Assembly (NCBI GenBank): GCA_963717645.1
Contig: CAVQWQ010000015.1
Location: forward strand, 66,766 to 130,765
DNA: 64,000 bases
DNA from: an uncultured Actinomycetes bacterium
GTDB taxonomy: Bacteria; Actinomycetota; Acidimicrobiia; Acidimicrobiales; AC-9
Direction: 5' to 3'
In this document: positions 20,748 to 30,960 of the stretch, in pieces
Position numbering within the stretch: the first letter of the stretch is position 1
How the letters are laid out: each line of letters starts with the position of its first letter
Translations under genes and position numbers: made by a program
Notes under the pieces: generated by a model
What the model was told of the DNA's origin: nothing
Database searches by the model: none
Seen by the model: only the letters and a program-made list of their open reading frames with translations

Positions 20748-21242
20748 CTACCCCCCTTGACCGACCGCCGACCTGGCGACCGGCTCGGTGGTCTCGCCCC
20801 CATGCTGGATGGACGCCTCGCCCTCTGGCGCCAGCCGCAGGATGGCGGCGTCGATCGCCTCCTTGACGCCGGCCAGGGGGACGATGTTGAGCACGCCCTG
20901 GCCCCCCTTCAGCAGGTCGACGACCTGTTCTCCTGAGTGGGCGAGGAGCGAGTCCGATCCCCCGAGGACCAGGTTCGCCGAGGCGACGTCAGCACCCAGG
21001 TTCTCCCGGAGGCACTGGATGGCGCGACGGGTCGACTGGAGCGACACGCCGGCATCGAGCAGCTGCTTGATCACCTTGAGCTCGAGCAGGTCGCGGTAGG
21101 AGTACCGCCGCTGGGACCCGCTGCCTCGGGCCTCCGAGATGGAGGGACGCAGCAGGTCCGTCCGGGCCCAGTAATCGAGCTGACGGTAGGTGATGCCGAC
21201 GATCGCACAGACCTGCGGCCCCCGGAACCCGTCCTCTGCCAT
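20748..21242 (-). CDS. MerR-family regulator (Rv1830-like)
   Basis: GFRGPQVCAIVGITYRQLDYWARTDL...GSGSQRRYSYRD...LLDAGVSLQ. Confidence 0.9.
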   Translation of the reverse strand: MAEDGFRGPQVCAIVGITYRQLDYWARTDLLRPSISEARGSGSQRRYSYRDLLELKVIKQLLDAGVSLQSTRRAIQCLRENLGADVASANLVLGGSDSLLAHSGEQVVDLLKGGQGVLNIVPLAGVKEAIDAAILRLAPEGEASIQHGGETTEPVARSAVGQGG

Positions 21243-21446
21243 GGCAACCTGCCTCCAGGCCGGCCGACCCGCCTGGGTGGGACCTGCTGCCAGGTCGCCA
21301 CCGCCGGGGTCGCCGCTTCGTTTCGTGGCACTCACATCGACGTAGTTACGTCGATGTGACAGGGTACGCTCCGGCCTCCAGGGCGTCAACGTGCTCGGCT
21401 GGACGCCCGCCGGGGCCGCCGTCCTCCACATCCATCGTGTGGTGCT

Positions 21447-21947
21447 TCAGGAGCTGAAGTCCTCGGGCCGGATGTTCTGCAGGAACTGGCGGAACTCGCC
21501 GACCAGCTCGTCGGGGTTGGCCGGCTCGTCGTCCTCGTCCTCGGTCTGGAGGACCACGCCCTCGGCGTCGAGGAGGTCGTCGGCCACGTACAGGGGGGTC
21601 CCGAGGCGGGCGGCCAGGGCGATGGCGTCCGACGGACGACTGGACACCGTGGGGCTCTGGTCCCCCATCCGCAGCTGGAGCTCGGCGTAGTAGGTCGCCG
21701 ATCTGAGCTCGGTGATCACGACCCGCTCCACGCTGGCCCCCAGCACGGCCAGCATGTCCCTCATCAGGTCGTGGGTCATGGGTCGGGGGGTGGTCACCCC
21801 CTGGAGGGCGAAGGCGATCGCCGTGGCCTCGGGCGCCCCGATGAAGATCGGGAGCGTGCGCCTTGCGCCTTCGGTCTCCTGGAGCAGCACCACCGGCGTG
21901 TTCGACTGGAGGTCAACCCGCACAGCTGCCAAGTGCACCTCGACCAT
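21447..21947 (-). CDS. Bifunctional nuclease family protein (DUF151, Rv1829-like)
   Basis: LPIFIGAPEATAI, PRPMTHDL, SRPSDAIALA, FRQFLQNIRPEDF. Confidence 0.92.
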   Translation of the reverse strand: MVEVHLAAVRVDLQSNTPVVLLQETEGARRTLPIFIGAPEATAIAFALQGVTTPRPMTHDLMRDMLAVLGASVERVVITELRSATYYAELQLRMGDQSPTVSSRPSDAIALAARLGTPLYVADDLLDAEGVVLQTEDEDDEPANPDELVGEFRQFLQNIRPEDFSS

Positions 21948-21956
21948 ACGAGCAAC

Positions 21957-22520
21957 TTAGCGTGAGAACAGCTCTTCCACATGCGCATCTGGCTCGACCC
22001 GAAGCGAGGCCAGGTCGCCGGCCACGACCCTGTCGAGGTTGCGGTAGCGCTCGGCGTAGTCGAGGCCGTAGCCGAGGACGAACTCGTCTTCGATGGCGAA
22101 GCCGACGAATCGGATCGGAGTGGGCACGATGCGACGGGCCGCCTTGTCCAACAGGGCGCAGACTTGAAGCGAACGCGGGCCACGCCGCTCGAGCTCGCCG
22201 AGGATGTAGGTGAGCGTGAGGCCGGTATCGACGATGTCCTCGACCAGCACCACCTCCTGACCGGAGATGTCGGTGTCGAGGTCCTTCACGATGCGCACCC
22301 GTCCGGTTCCCTCGGCATAGGACGAGATGGCCAGGAAGTCGACCTGACACGACACCGTGACGGAGCGCACGAGGTCGGCCAGAAAGCACACGCTGCCTTT
22401 GAGGACCGCCACCAGCACCATCCCGCGTGGGTAGGCCGCCGACAGCTCTGCCCCCAGACGGGCCACCCCGGTCCTCAGCTCGTCGCTGTCGATGAGGACC
22501 CGGGCCGGTGCCGCCGTCAC
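21957..22520 (-). CDS. hpt: Hypoxanthine phosphoribosyltransferase
   Basis: VLKGS, PRPP loop VEDIVDTGLTL, FVLGYGLDYAERYRNL. Confidence 0.92.
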   Translation of the reverse strand: MTAAPARVLIDSDELRTGVARLGAELSAAYPRGMVLVAVLKGSVCFLADLVRSVTVSCQVDFLAISSYAEGTGRVRIVKDLDTDISGQEVVLVEDIVDTGLTLTYILGELERRGPRSLQVCALLDKAARRIVPTPIRFVGFAIEDEFVLGYGLDYAERYRNLDRVVAGDLASLRVEPDAHVEELFSR

Positions 22521-23815
22521 CCCCCGGTGTTGTCCTTCAGGGCGGTCCGCAGGAGCGAGCCTCGGAGCCCCTGGCCGAGGCGCGCCAGCTCGGCCAGGGT
22601 CTCCACCGCGCGCCGTCTGGCCACCGGGTTGCGCTGCTTCAGCATCGGCATGACGATCTGCTCGAAGAACGACGCTTCGCGGTCGGCCGCCGTGCGGTAC
22701 ATCCGCAGATGTCGGGCCTCGATGCCGAACCGACGGAAGCCCGCCGCCAGGCGGGCGACCGTCAAGGACTCCTCGTCGAAGTAGACCGTGTCACCGACCG
22801 GCCGCCCGACGAGCAGGCCGTAGCGCTCCAGCTCGTGGAGCTCCTGCTCGCTCAGGCCGCTCGCCTCCGACAGCTCCTCTGCGGTGAGGTTCACGCCCGA
22901 CAGGCCGATCGACAGGGGTCCGCCACCCTCCTCCTCGGCCGTCCCCTCGAGGGCGGCCGGGCGCCGGCCGCCTGACTCTTCTCGGCGGCCTCTCGCGCCG
23001 GCGGTGGGCTCTGGCTGGCGTCCTGGCTCGGCGGCGTTCTCTTGCCGGCGTCGGCGACTGGTGGTGTCGTCGGCCGGGGACACCGGGGCCGACGTCGGCG
23101 GTGCGGAGTGGCCCGGTGACCCGCCCCGCGCTCGGGCTCCGGCCGCCGGGGGTCCGGCGGCAGCGATGCGATCGCCCCGCGGCTGCGAGTTGGCCCCCAC
23201 GCGGCCGCGCGCCCCGGTGGAAGCCGGCGCGGGCGACAGGGTTGACTTCTGGGCTGTCGCCTCCGGGGCCCGCAACTCCTGGGCCGGCGCCCCCTGGGCG
23301 GGGTCGTCCGAGCCCTGGGCCGGATCCGGCTGACCGTGCTCTGGACCCTGGTGGAGCCGAGCGCCGCTGATGGCGCCCCCTGAGCGCCCGCCCGAGACCT
23401 GCGCGTGCGGGCCTGATGTCCCGGCCTCCCGCGGCGGCCCCGTCGGAGCCATCGCCGCCGCGCCGGCCGCGGAGCGCGAGCTGGTTGCCAAGCGGACGAC
23501 GCCAACTCCGACACCGGTCGTACCGGGATCGGGGCGCTCTGGACCAGCGGACCCACCTTCGGTCGTGCCACCGTTGCCGCCCAGTCGGCCCTTGATGACC
23601 TTGAGCGGCAGGAAGTTCTCGCGCTGCTGGCGGAGGATCCATCGGAGCCGGTCGACGTCCTCCTCGTAGAACTTCCGATAGCCGGACGGCGTGCGCTCAG
23701 GGTCCAGCAGACCCTGGCTCTCGAGGAACCTGATCTTCGAGATGGTGATGTCGGGAAACTCGTCCTTCAACAAGGACAGCACGTCCCCGATCGATAGATA
23801 CGTCCGCTCCGCCAA
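22517..23815 (-). CDS. MerR-family regulator (Rv1828/FtsR-like) with a long disordered insertion
   Basis: LSIGDVL...ITISKIRFLESQGL...RTPSGYRKF and C-terminal GIEARHLR...AADREA; TTG start. Confidence 0.85.
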   Translation of the reverse strand: MAERTYLSIGDVLSLLKDEFPDITISKIRFLESQGLLDPERTPSGYRKFYEEDVDRLRWILRQQRENFLPLKVIKGRLGGNGGTTEGGSAGPERPDPGTTGVGVGVVRLATSSRSAAGAAAMAPTGPPREAGTSGPHAQVSGGRSGGAISGARLHQGPEHGQPDPAQGSDDPAQGAPAQELRAPEATAQKSTLSPAPASTGARGRVGANSQPRGDRIAAAGPPAAGARARGGSPGHSAPPTSAPVSPADDTTSRRRRQENAAEPGRQPEPTAGARGRREESGGRRPAALEGTAEEEGGGPLSIGLSGVNLTAEELSEASGLSEQELHELERYGLLVGRPVGDTVYFDEESLTVARLAAGFRRFGIEARHLRMYRTAADREASFFEQIVMPMLKQRNPVARRRAVETLAELARLGQGLRGSLLRTALKDNTGG

Positions 23816-23827
23816 CCCGAACCCCCC

Positions 23828-24304
23828 CTACCCCTCTGCCGCTCCCGCCAAATAGACAAGCTTGAACTTACCGATCTGGACCTCGTCTCCGCTGGCCAGC
23901 TCGGCCTCTTCGATGCGCTCCCGGTTCAGGTACGTCCCGTTGAGCGAGCCCACGTCCCGTACGAGGTAGCCCCGGTCGCGGCGGGCGAACTCGGCGTGGC
24001 GACGGGACACGGTGATGTCATCGAGGAAGATGTCGCTCTCGGGGTGCCGTCCGGCCCGGGTGACGTCTGCGTCCAGCATGAACTTCGAGCCGGCGTTGGG
24101 GCCTCGTTTGACGACGAGCATTCCCGTGCCCTGGGGCAGCTCCGGGAGCGTGACACCGACCTCCTCCTCGGCCGCCTCTCCGCCGCCTTCGACGGGCAGG
24201 AACGTCACCGTCGTGTCGTCGGACGACCCGGGCAGCACCGCTCCGCACGACGAGCAGAACTTGGCGTCGGGTGGGTTGCGGTGGCCGCAGTTGTTGCAGA
24301 ACAT
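23828..24304 (-). CDS. FHA-domain protein with N-terminal zinc ribbon (GarA/OdhI-like)
   Basis: CNNC...CSSC ribbon, DDTT phospho-site-like motif, GRHPESDIFLDDITVSRRHA, GSLNGTY. Confidence 0.9.
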   Translation of the reverse strand: MFCNNCGHRNPPDAKFCSSCGAVLPGSSDDTTVTFLPVEGGGEAAEEEVGVTLPELPQGTGMLVVKRGPNAGSKFMLDADVTRAGRHPESDIFLDDITVSRRHAEFARRDRGYLVRDVGSLNGTYLNRERIEEAELASGDEVQIGKFKLVYLAGAAEG

Positions 24305-24356
24305 CGGAGTCAACCGTACTCCTTGACGGTCCGCCGCTCACCGGGCGGTGATCGGG

Positions 24357-24737
24357 CTAGCTCGAGATCAGCTGACGATAGGCCTCGGCGTCCAGGAGCC
24401 CGGCGAGGTCGTCGGCGTCCCGCGGCTCGATCACGCAGATCCAGCCCTCGCCGTACGGGTCCTCGTTGACGCGCTGTGGCGCATCGGCGAGCTCGGTGTT
24501 GACCTCGACCACCACGCCCGCCACGGGCGCGTAGATGTCCGAGACCGACTTCGTCGACTCGACCTCGCTGAACACCGCTGATCCCTCGACGGTGGCCCCC
24601 ATCTCGGGCAGCTGGACGAACACCACGTCACCCAGGGCGTCCTGGGCGTAGTCGGTGATCCCGACCCGCACCTTGCCGTCCTCGAGACGGGCCCACTCGT
24701 GGTCGGAGGTGTAGCGGAGGCCGTCGGGCACGTTCAT
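24357..24737 (-). CDS. gcvH: Glycine cleavage H protein
   Basis: DHEW, GITDYAQDALGDVVFV, lipoyl motif VESTKSVSD, NEDPYGEGW. Confidence 0.96.
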   Translation of the reverse strand: MNVPDGLRYTSDHEWARLEDGKVRVGITDYAQDALGDVVFVQLPEMGATVEGSAVFSEVESTKSVSDIYAPVAGVVVEVNTELADAPQRVNEDPYGEGWICVIEPRDADDLAGLLDAEAYRQLISS

Positions 24738-24828
24738 GGCAGGAAGCTACCCGATACCGCGACCTGCCCCGTACGCCGAGGCGCACCCCGGGCCGGGGCG
24801 GCTTTCCCGAGAGCCACCGCGCAGTCGG

Positions 24829-27315
24829 CTAGCGAAGCAGCTCGCGCACGAGCGACGCGTACTCGTCGGCCCGCGTCGAGGCGGCCGGGTCGTCCGGCCC
24901 CTCCGCCCACACGTGGGTCACGGGCTGCTCGGGGTCGGGCAGGACCAGGGCCCACCCGTCGTCCCCCAGCACCTTCACCCCGTCCACGAGGACGAGCTCC
25001 CGGTCCTTGAGGTTCTCGACCAGCGTCCGCATCACCAGCCCCTTCTGCTCCCAGGGCGTGATCACCCGCTGGTGGGCCAGGTGCACGGGCGAGGACTCGC
25101 CGACCACCTTCGACAGTCGTATCCCGCCGCTCGCCAGCATGGCCAGCAGGTTGACGAGCGTCGCGGCGGCGTCGTAGGCGGGAAGGAAGGCCGGGAAGGC
25201 GAACCCGCTCTCACGTCCACCGGCGAAGTCGACCTGCTCCGAGGCGGCGACCTCCATGAGGTGGGCGGTGGAGGTCTTGGTCCAGACGATCTCGGCCCCG
25301 CCCTCGGCGCAGATGGCCTCGGCGGCGCGGCTGGCGACCACCGGAAGCGCGACACGGGGTCGATCCTGGGTGCTCACCACCAATCGCAGCAGTGCCAGCA
25401 GGGCCTCGTCGTCGCTCAGCACGTGGCCAGCGTCGTCGACGATCACCAGCCGCTCGCCGTCGGGGAAGATCACCGCACCGAGATGAGCCCCCGAGCTCTG
25501 CACCAGCTGGCTCACGTGGCGGGCGTGCGTCTCCCGATCGAAGGCCACCGCGCCCTCGGTCGAGGCGTAGGGGTTGACGGCAAGGACGTCGGCGCCCAGC
25601 CGGGCCAGCACGTTGGGCATCACGAAGCTCGCCGTGCCGTAGGCGTAATCGACCACCAGCTTGAACCGGGCGGCCCGCACGGCTTCGAGATCGATGCTGT
25701 CCATCAGGGCGGCCGTGTAGAACTCGATGGTCCTGGGCGGAAAGCCGAGGTCGCCGATCTCGGCCGCCGGCACCCGGCGAAAATCCTCGCGGTGCACGAG
25801 GCGCTCGATCTTGCGCTGGGTCGTCTCGTCGATGTCGACTCCGGCGTCGTCGAAGAACCTGATAAGGACCGCCTGAGGGTCGCCGGGAGACAGGCGCACG
25901 CTGATGCCGCCCTGGCTCGATCCCCGTCGCACCTGGAAGCGGGTGACCGGAAGCGTGGCGACCTCCAGGTCGTCGGCGTTCACACCAGCGGCGTTCAGGC
26001 CGACCATGATCGCCCGCTTGAGCATCCGGGCTGCTCGGCTCGAGTCGCGCGAGGTCGTCACGGTGCTGCCCCGCTTGAGAGTGGTGGCATAGGCCATCGC
26101 CACGCGGACGGCCAGCTGGGGGCTGATGTCCACGTTGGCCAGGCCGGTGACACCCACCCGCCCGAAGAGGCTCCGGGTCCCCCGTGACTCCCACACGATC
26201 GAGGAGCTGACCGTGGCGCCGGCCTCCACGGTCTTCGACGGGTAGACCTTCACCCCGGGGTTGATGACCGCCTGCTCGCCGACGAAGCACTCGTCGCCCA
26301 GGACCACCCCCTCTTCACACCGGACCCCCTGTCGGAGGTCGTTGGCCCGGCCGAGGACGCACCCCCGCAGGCTTACGCCCTGGCCCAGGTACGAATTGTC
26401 GTGGACGATCGCCCGCTCCAGCGAGGCGTCCGGTCCGACGAGCACGTTGCCCCCGAGCACCGTGTGGTCGCGGAGATGGGCAGCCGGGCCGATACGGCAG
26501 TAGTCGCCGATCACCACCGGGCCGACGATGCGGGCCGACGGGTGGACCTCGGCGCCCTCGCCGATCCAGACGCCCGGTCGCATGGAGAAGCCGGGCACGT
26601 CGATGACCACCTTGTTGTCGAGCACGTCCTGGTGGGCCCGGACGTAGGCCTCGGTGTTGCCCACGTCTTCCCAGTACCCGTCGGCGATGTACCCGTAGAG
26701 CGGCTCGCCCGCCGCCAGCAGCGCCGGGAACACCTCGCCCGAGAAGTCGACCGGCCGCCCCGACTCGATGAAGTCGAACACCTCAGGCTCGAGGACGTAG
26801 ATCCCGGTGTTCACCGTGTCGCTGAACACCTGGCCCCACGTGGGCTTCTCCAGGAAGCGATCGATGGAACCGTCCTCGTTGGTGATGACGATGCCGAACT
26901 CGAGGGGGTTCTCCATGGCCTTCAGGCCGATGGTGGCCAGGGCCTGCCGCTGCTCGTGGAAGGCCATGATCGCCGAGAGGTCGATGTCGGTGAGCACGTC
27001 TCCGGAGATCACGAGAAAGCGCTCGTTGAGCTCGTCTCTGGCATTGAGCACCGAGCCGGCCGTGCCGAGCGGGGTCTCCTCAGTGGCGTAGACCATCCTG
27101 ACGCCGAACTCGGAGCCGTCACCGAAGTAGGTCCGCACGGCGTTGGCCAGGAAGGCCACGGTCACGACGATGTCGTCGAAGCCGTGCTCTCTCAGCAACC
27201 CGACGATGTGCTCCATCATCGGGCGGTTCACCATGGGCAGCATGGGCTTGGGCTGGTTGGACGTCAGCGGGCGCAGACGCGTGCCCTCCCCGCCCGCCAT
27301 GATCACCGCCTTCAC
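24829..27315 (-). CDS. Mannose-1-phosphate guanylyltransferase / phosphomannomutase-like fusion
   Basis: KAVIMAGGEGTRLRPLT...PKP, hexapeptide repeats, then a PGM/PMM-like domain (PDGERL); GTG at 27315. Confidence 0.88.
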   Translation of the reverse strand: MKAVIMAGGEGTRLRPLTSNQPKPMLPMVNRPMMEHIVGLLREHGFDDIVVTVAFLANAVRTYFGDGSEFGVRMVYATEETPLGTAGSVLNARDELNERFLVISGDVLTDIDLSAIMAFHEQRQALATIGLKAMENPLEFGIVITNEDGSIDRFLEKPTWGQVFSDTVNTGIYVLEPEVFDFIESGRPVDFSGEVFPALLAAGEPLYGYIADGYWEDVGNTEAYVRAHQDVLDNKVVIDVPGFSMRPGVWIGEGAEVHPSARIVGPVVIGDYCRIGPAAHLRDHTVLGGNVLVGPDASLERAIVHDNSYLGQGVSLRGCVLGRANDLRQGVRCEEGVVLGDECFVGEQAVINPGVKVYPSKTVEAGATVSSSIVWESRGTRSLFGRVGVTGLANVDISPQLAVRVAMAYATTLKRGSTVTTSRDSSRAARMLKRAIMVGLNAAGVNADDLEVATLPVTRFQVRRGSSQGGISVRLSPGDPQAVLIRFFDDAGVDIDETTQRKIERLVHREDFRRVPAAEIGDLGFPPRTIEFYTAALMDSIDLEAVRAARFKLVVDYAYGTASFVMPNVLARLGADVLAVNPYASTEGAVAFDRETHARHVSQLVQSSGAHLGAVIFPDGERLVIVDDAGHVLSDDEALLALLRLVVSTQDRPRVALPVVASRAAEAICAEGGAEIVWTKTSTAHLMEVAASEQVDFAGGRESGFAFPAFLPAYDAAATLVNLLAMLASGGIRLSKVVGESSPVHLAHQRVITPWEQKGLVMRTLVENLKDRELVLVDGVKVLGDDGWALVLPDPEQPVTHVWAEGPDDPAASTRADEYASLVRELLR

Positions 27316-27944
27316 GGCCTCGACCCTACCTGAGCGCCCCCTCCCGACGACCTCCCGGGTCGTCCTCGAGCAAGCGCGCCCCGAGCGAGCGGGATGTAGG
27401 CGCCCGCCGCGTACCACGACAGGATCAGGCCAGGCACGGCGCACACCCACGCAGCGACAAGGGCGGCGTCGGGCCAGGACGCCGACGGCCCCGCCAGCAG
27501 GAACAGCGGGAAAGCGACCATCAGGCCGAACGTTCCCGCCTTTCCCACCCACACCACGTCGATCCTCGCCGCCCCCAGGGCGGCCAGGGCCAGGACCGCC
27601 GCCGACACCAGCGCCTCGCGCGCCAAGACGGCGGCACCCAGCCAGAGGGGCACCGACCCGTCGACCATGATCGCCACCACGCCGACCCCGAGCAGGACAC
27701 GGTCCGCCACCGGGTCGAGCACCTTGCCCAGGGTGGAGACCTGACCGAGCCGCCGGGCGAGCGACCCGTCGACCCAGTCGGTGGCCCCCAGCACGCCCAG
27801 CAACACCGCCGCCGCCACCCGGTCTTGCACGCCGAACAACAGCCACAAGAACACCGGGACAGCGCCGAGGCGGGCCGCGGTGACGGCATTGGGGATGGTG
27901 AGGACGCGGTCCACCCGGGCGTCGCTGTCGCCGCGGGTACCCAT
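27312..27944 (-). CDS. CDP-alcohol phosphatidyltransferase (PgsA2-like)
   Basis: TIPNAVTAAR and DWVDGSLARR...GKVLDPVAD signature. Confidence 0.92.
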   Translation of the reverse strand: MGTRGDSDARVDRVLTIPNAVTAARLGAVPVFLWLLFGVQDRVAAAVLLGVLGATDWVDGSLARRLGQVSTLGKVLDPVADRVLLGVGVVAIMVDGSVPLWLGAAVLAREALVSAAVLALAALGAARIDVVWVGKAGTFGLMVAFPLFLLAGPSASWPDAALVAAWVCAVPGLILSWYAAGAYIPLARGALARGRPGRSSGGGAQVGSRP

Positions 27945-28023
27945 CGATCCGAGTCTACGGACCGGGTGGCCGGGTGGCCGGCCTGCGGCGACCTGGTCGG
28001 CCGGGGGCGCTCCCATCCCTCTT

Positions 28024-28094
28024 GTTCCACCTCTGGTCGAAAGTGGGCTCGACGCTCACCAGCGCGGTGCCCACTTTCGAACCAAATGTGGAAC
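28024..28094. terminator. Long imperfect hairpin just downstream of the amine oxidase gene
   Basis: TCGAAAGTGGGC (28037-28048) pairs with GCCCACTTTCGA (28069-28080); outer arms GTTCCAC/GTGGAAC. Confidence 0.6.
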
Positions 28095-28100
28095 GCGCGC

Positions 28101-30050
28101 TCACTCGCTGGAGCAGTGCCCGTTCGTCGTCGGGGGAACATCCAGGGCCGGGTTGCGGTCGAAGAACCCGGCAGGCTTGAGGACGAACCCGGCGTAGTCG
28201 ACAGGAGCGACGGGCCAGTCTTCCGGTCTGGGAATGTGGGTCAGGCCGAACGTGTGCCACAGGACGACGTCGGTGTCGACCAGTGGGCGGTCGGCTGCCG
28301 TCCACGCTGGGAGCCCGTCACCGCCGCTGCTCTGGTTCGGGTAGTCCCCCGCCGGGCGGCGCTCGTCAGGATCGAAGGGAGTCACCCAGAGGCTCTTCGA
28401 CGCGAAGGCGGCCCGGCGACCGACGCTGGACGACGGCGACGCCAGCAGGCAGGTCGACTGGCCCGGCATCAGCTTGTAGCCGACAGGCTGGCCGAGGCCG
28501 TTCAGCGAGGACGGGTTCACGACCTTCCAGCAGCGAGCTGCGAGCGGATCGATCGTGCGCTGGGCCTCGGACTCGGAGGTGAGCAGCGTCGCCCGAGAGG
28601 AGATCGCGGTCCCCTCGGGGTTGTCCTCGCCGGCCGGGAGGTTGACGGCGTCCAGCTCGTAGACCGAGTTCGACGGGCCATCCAGGTCGAAATCGAGGCG
28701 GGCGCTGAGCAGGTGCTGGTGGTTGGGCGCGTACAGCTCCGGGCCCACGATCTCGCCGCAGGCCGGGCGGTCGCCGGGCTCGCGAGCCGACGTCTGGATG
28801 ATGCCCGTCAGCTTCACCTCGAGCTGGATAGTGCCGTCGAGGTAGAGGTACCAGTAGAAGCCGTACTCGTAGTTGCCAACCGTGGCGATGAAGGAGATCA
28901 CCAGCCGCCGGGACCGGCGCACCTCCGACGAGCCGCTCCAGAGGTCGACGTGCTTCCAGAGGATCCCGTAGTCCTCCTCGTGCAGGCAGACGGCGTTGGA
29001 GATCGTGCGGGCGCCACCCCGATCGTCACTGACGACGGCGTCGAGGTAGCGGATCTCGCCCAGGCAGTCGCATCCGAGTGTGAGGCTCTGCATCATCTTG
29101 CCCAGGCCCCACTCACCGACGTCGAAGGCGTTCTTCCACCAGTGGTTGGTGGCGGTGTCCCCATAGGGAACGACCATCTCGGCGATCGAGGCCCGGTGGA
29201 GGATGGGCCGCACCCGTCCGCCGTCCTCGTAGCCGACGGTGTGGAGCACGACGCCTTCGATGGGATGGACGGACACCCGTAGGCGCCACCTCTGCCAGCG
29301 GATCTCGGATCCCTCGACCTCGAAGCTCGGCCCCTCGGGTTGGGTGATGACGAGCGGTCGCAGGCCTCGGCGTTGCTCTCCCACCGACGCCTGGTCGTAG
29401 TTTCCAGCGGCCTCGGGGACCGGAACGACCTCCCGATCGACGATCTCGATCACCTCGGCGGTGGCGAGGTCGACCACGGCGACGAGGCCTTCCACCGGAC
29501 GGGCGTAGCCGTTGTCGGCGGCGTGGGTCCGCACGTAGGAGACGCAACGCACGAGACGCCGGCCCGCCTCTCCCGCGATCCCGAAGTTCCCCGCCGGCCA
29601 CGGATCCACCTGGACCCGATCGAAGTCGGTGACCCCCCGCCGCCGCATGGCCTCCTGCCACCGGGCGTCGGCCTTGACGGCCTGGAAGGCGAAGACGAGC
29701 TCGTCCACCAGCAGCGGGGTGACGGCACGGGGCACCGAACGCCACGAGAGGACAATCGACTGGGTGATCGAGACGACGGCCTCGTGCACGGCGCCGCTGG
29801 TCCGTTCGCACACCGCCACCTCGGCCTGGCGATCGATGTCGTCGCCGGGCCTGTGCCCCGCAACGACGTCCTTCGGCGGCTCGTGGAGGGTGACCCAGGG
29901 AAACCTGACGTCCTCCCCGAGCTCGTGCTCTGCGGCGACGATGGCGCAGGCGGCGGTGATCTCGGCCACCGACAGCGGGTCGAGCGGGTGGGCCGCCGGC
30001 GCCTCGTCGGGGCCCTTCACGGCCACGCTGGGGCCTTCCTGCATCGCCAT
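28101..30050 (-). CDS. Copper/TPQ-dependent primary amine oxidase
   Basis: HPLDPL N-terminus, TPQ site GNYEY, copper ligands HQH and HTFGLTH, PRPEDWP. Confidence 0.93.
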   Translation of the reverse strand: MAMQEGPSVAVKGPDEAPAAHPLDPLSVAEITAACAIVAAEHELGEDVRFPWVTLHEPPKDVVAGHRPGDDIDRQAEVAVCERTSGAVHEAVVSITQSIVLSWRSVPRAVTPLLVDELVFAFQAVKADARWQEAMRRRGVTDFDRVQVDPWPAGNFGIAGEAGRRLVRCVSYVRTHAADNGYARPVEGLVAVVDLATAEVIEIVDREVVPVPEAAGNYDQASVGEQRRGLRPLVITQPEGPSFEVEGSEIRWQRWRLRVSVHPIEGVVLHTVGYEDGGRVRPILHRASIAEMVVPYGDTATNHWWKNAFDVGEWGLGKMMQSLTLGCDCLGEIRYLDAVVSDDRGGARTISNAVCLHEEDYGILWKHVDLWSGSSEVRRSRRLVISFIATVGNYEYGFYWYLYLDGTIQLEVKLTGIIQTSAREPGDRPACGEIVGPELYAPNHQHLLSARLDFDLDGPSNSVYELDAVNLPAGEDNPEGTAISSRATLLTSESEAQRTIDPLAARCWKVVNPSSLNGLGQPVGYKLMPGQSTCLLASPSSSVGRRAAFASKSLWVTPFDPDERRPAGDYPNQSSGGDGLPAWTAADRPLVDTDVVLWHTFGLTHIPRPEDWPVAPVDYAGFVLKPAGFFDRNPALDVPPTTNGHCSSE

Positions 30051-30212
30051 CCTCCGACCTCGTTCGGACGGGCTCACGTTAGTTGGAGGCCGGCGTCACG
30101 CCCGGGCCGGCCCGGGCGGGGCCCGAGTCTCTCCTCCTGGCGGCTTCGCCCCGGACGGGCCCCATCCCCGTCCTCCTCCGAAGCGGTGGGACCCCAACCC
30201 CACCGCCGGCCG

Positions 30213-30809
30213 TCAGGCCAGGCGGGTCGAGGGTACGGACCGCACCCGGCCCTCGGACCGGAGCTCGCGCACGGCGGGGACCGGATCGGGGTCGGCGAAA
30301 AGCCCCTCGTCGGCGTAGTCGGCGGGCCGCCCCGTCGGATCGGTCACCCAGTACGAGGCCTCGAGGGCGATCCCAGACGGGTCGGTGAAGTAGATCGAGC
30401 GGAGGAAGCCGTGATCCACCACGTCGGTCACCTCGCAGCCGGCAGCCTTCAGCCGGTCCCGGAGGGCCAGCAGGGCGGTCTCATCGGGCAGGTTGAACGA
30501 CAGGTGGTCGAACTGGACCGCCCGGGGATCGGGGACGCCTGCCGGCTTGGCGAACATCTCGAGCTCCACTCCCTGGTACTCGAAGAACGCCACCGTGTTG
30601 CCGGCCCCGAACTCGAAGAAATAATGGCGGAACGAGCGGTTGCCCAGATCGGCCACGAGTCGGGCGCCGAGCACCCCGGCGTAGAAGCGCACGGTCGCGT
30701 CCATGTCGTCGGTGATCAGCGCCAGGTGGTTGATGCCCCGCCAACGCGGGCCTTCCTCCTGATCGTGGCGCTGCTCGGATCGGAGATGGCCCGTGGATTC
30801 GGTGGTCAT
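30213..30809 (-). CDS. VOC/glyoxalase-family protein
   Basis: GINHLAL...FY..VLG, DHLSF, SIYFTDPSGIALE. Confidence 0.88.
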   Translation of the reverse strand: MTTESTGHLRSEQRHDQEEGPRWRGINHLALITDDMDATVRFYAGVLGARLVADLGNRSFRHYFFEFGAGNTVAFFEYQGVELEMFAKPAGVPDPRAVQFDHLSFNLPDETALLALRDRLKAAGCEVTDVVDHGFLRSIYFTDPSGIALEASYWVTDPTGRPADYADEGLFADPDPVPAVRELRSEGRVRSVPSTRLA

Positions 30810-30960
30810 GACCCCATGCTACGACCCGGAGATGCCGCCGTCCGCCGGTGTAGCTGGCAATATGGGCGGACCCGACATGGGTGCCGACCAGGGCGGGTAC
30901 GAGACCGTGGCGAAAGGCCGGAGGGCTCGTTCGTCGCCCACATCGAGGAGGGTCAAGGCC

